Assembly (NCBI RefSeq): GCF_003704095.1
Contig: NW_020846334.1
Location: forward strand, 62,001-125,724
From: Pocillopora damicornis
Lineage: Eukaryota
Direction of reading: 5' to 3'
DNA length: 63,724 bases
Under the pieces are notes generated by a model, which was given only the letters and a program-made list of their open reading frames with translations, ran no database searches and was not told where the DNA came from. A program made the translations under genes and the position numbers. This document shows, piece by piece, positions 63,495-63,724 of this stretch; position 1 is the stretch's first letter; the number at the start of each line of letters is the position of its first letter.

Positions 63495-63724
63495 CTGCTT
63501 TGATAACACCAAGTTCTTCGAGACGAGTGAGCTCTTGCTTTAACTTGGGTTTCATTGCCACTGGAATCCTTCTAACCGGCTGTTTCACTGGTTCAATGGT
63601 TGTGTCCAACTCTAAGTGAAGTTTCTTCTCAAATTTTCCTTCTCCAGTGAAAACGTCATGGAAATCTGCTGCTATTTGTTGCATCGTTAGGCCCATTGCT
63701 TCTGTCTTTTCTTGTACCAATGAG
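63495..63724 (-). mobile_element. Ty3/Gypsy pol fragment (protease-RT junction)
   Basis: DFHDVFTGEGKF...HLELDTTIEPVKQPVRRIPVAMKPKLKQELTRLEELGVIKA is the typical region just upstream of a Gypsy RT. Confidence 0.85.

Noticed and set aside
1-63724. CRISPR arrays, operons or other prokaryotic systems
   Set aside because: The sequence is eukaryotic with spliceosomal introns. The recurring repeats are dispersed MITEs, not regularly spaced direct repeats.

Overview
Eukaryotic (animal) draft-genome window. The AT-rich GT-AG introns, short N-gaps and repeat types are most consistent with a stony coral or other anthozoan (inference). Hand-splicing gives nine intron-containing genes plus two partial ones. 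In order: the 3' end of an mTERF-family gene (+), RPL21 (-), an unknown Gly/His-rich protein (-), an unknown 115-aa Cys-rich protein (+), UCHL3-like (-) head-to-head with a PAM17-like mitochondrial import gene (+), MTMR6/7/8-like myotubularin with a C-terminal FYVE (-) head-to-head with NUP58 (+), CCDC134 (+) tail-to-tail with AGK (-), and the probable 5' end of an unidentified gene (+, from about 58.6 kb). Introns carry many TTAA-flanked MITEs and other non-autonomous elements. There are also a Penelope-like GIY-YIG fragment, Gypsy RT fragments, several hammerhead-ribozyme motifs and a tRNA-like palindromic insertion with a 13-bp TSD. The most notable items are: (1) an intact animal gene for Pam17, usually regarded as fungal; (2) a three-hammerhead retrozyme-like element and a tRNA-mimic element that share one inverted plus partial-tandem architecture; (3) a pair of unknown genes between housekeeping genes; (4) a U12-type intron in CCDC134; (5) MTMR6-NUP58 and human chr13-like synteny. 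All exon coordinates were derived by eye, and family calls come from remembered motifs, not database searches.
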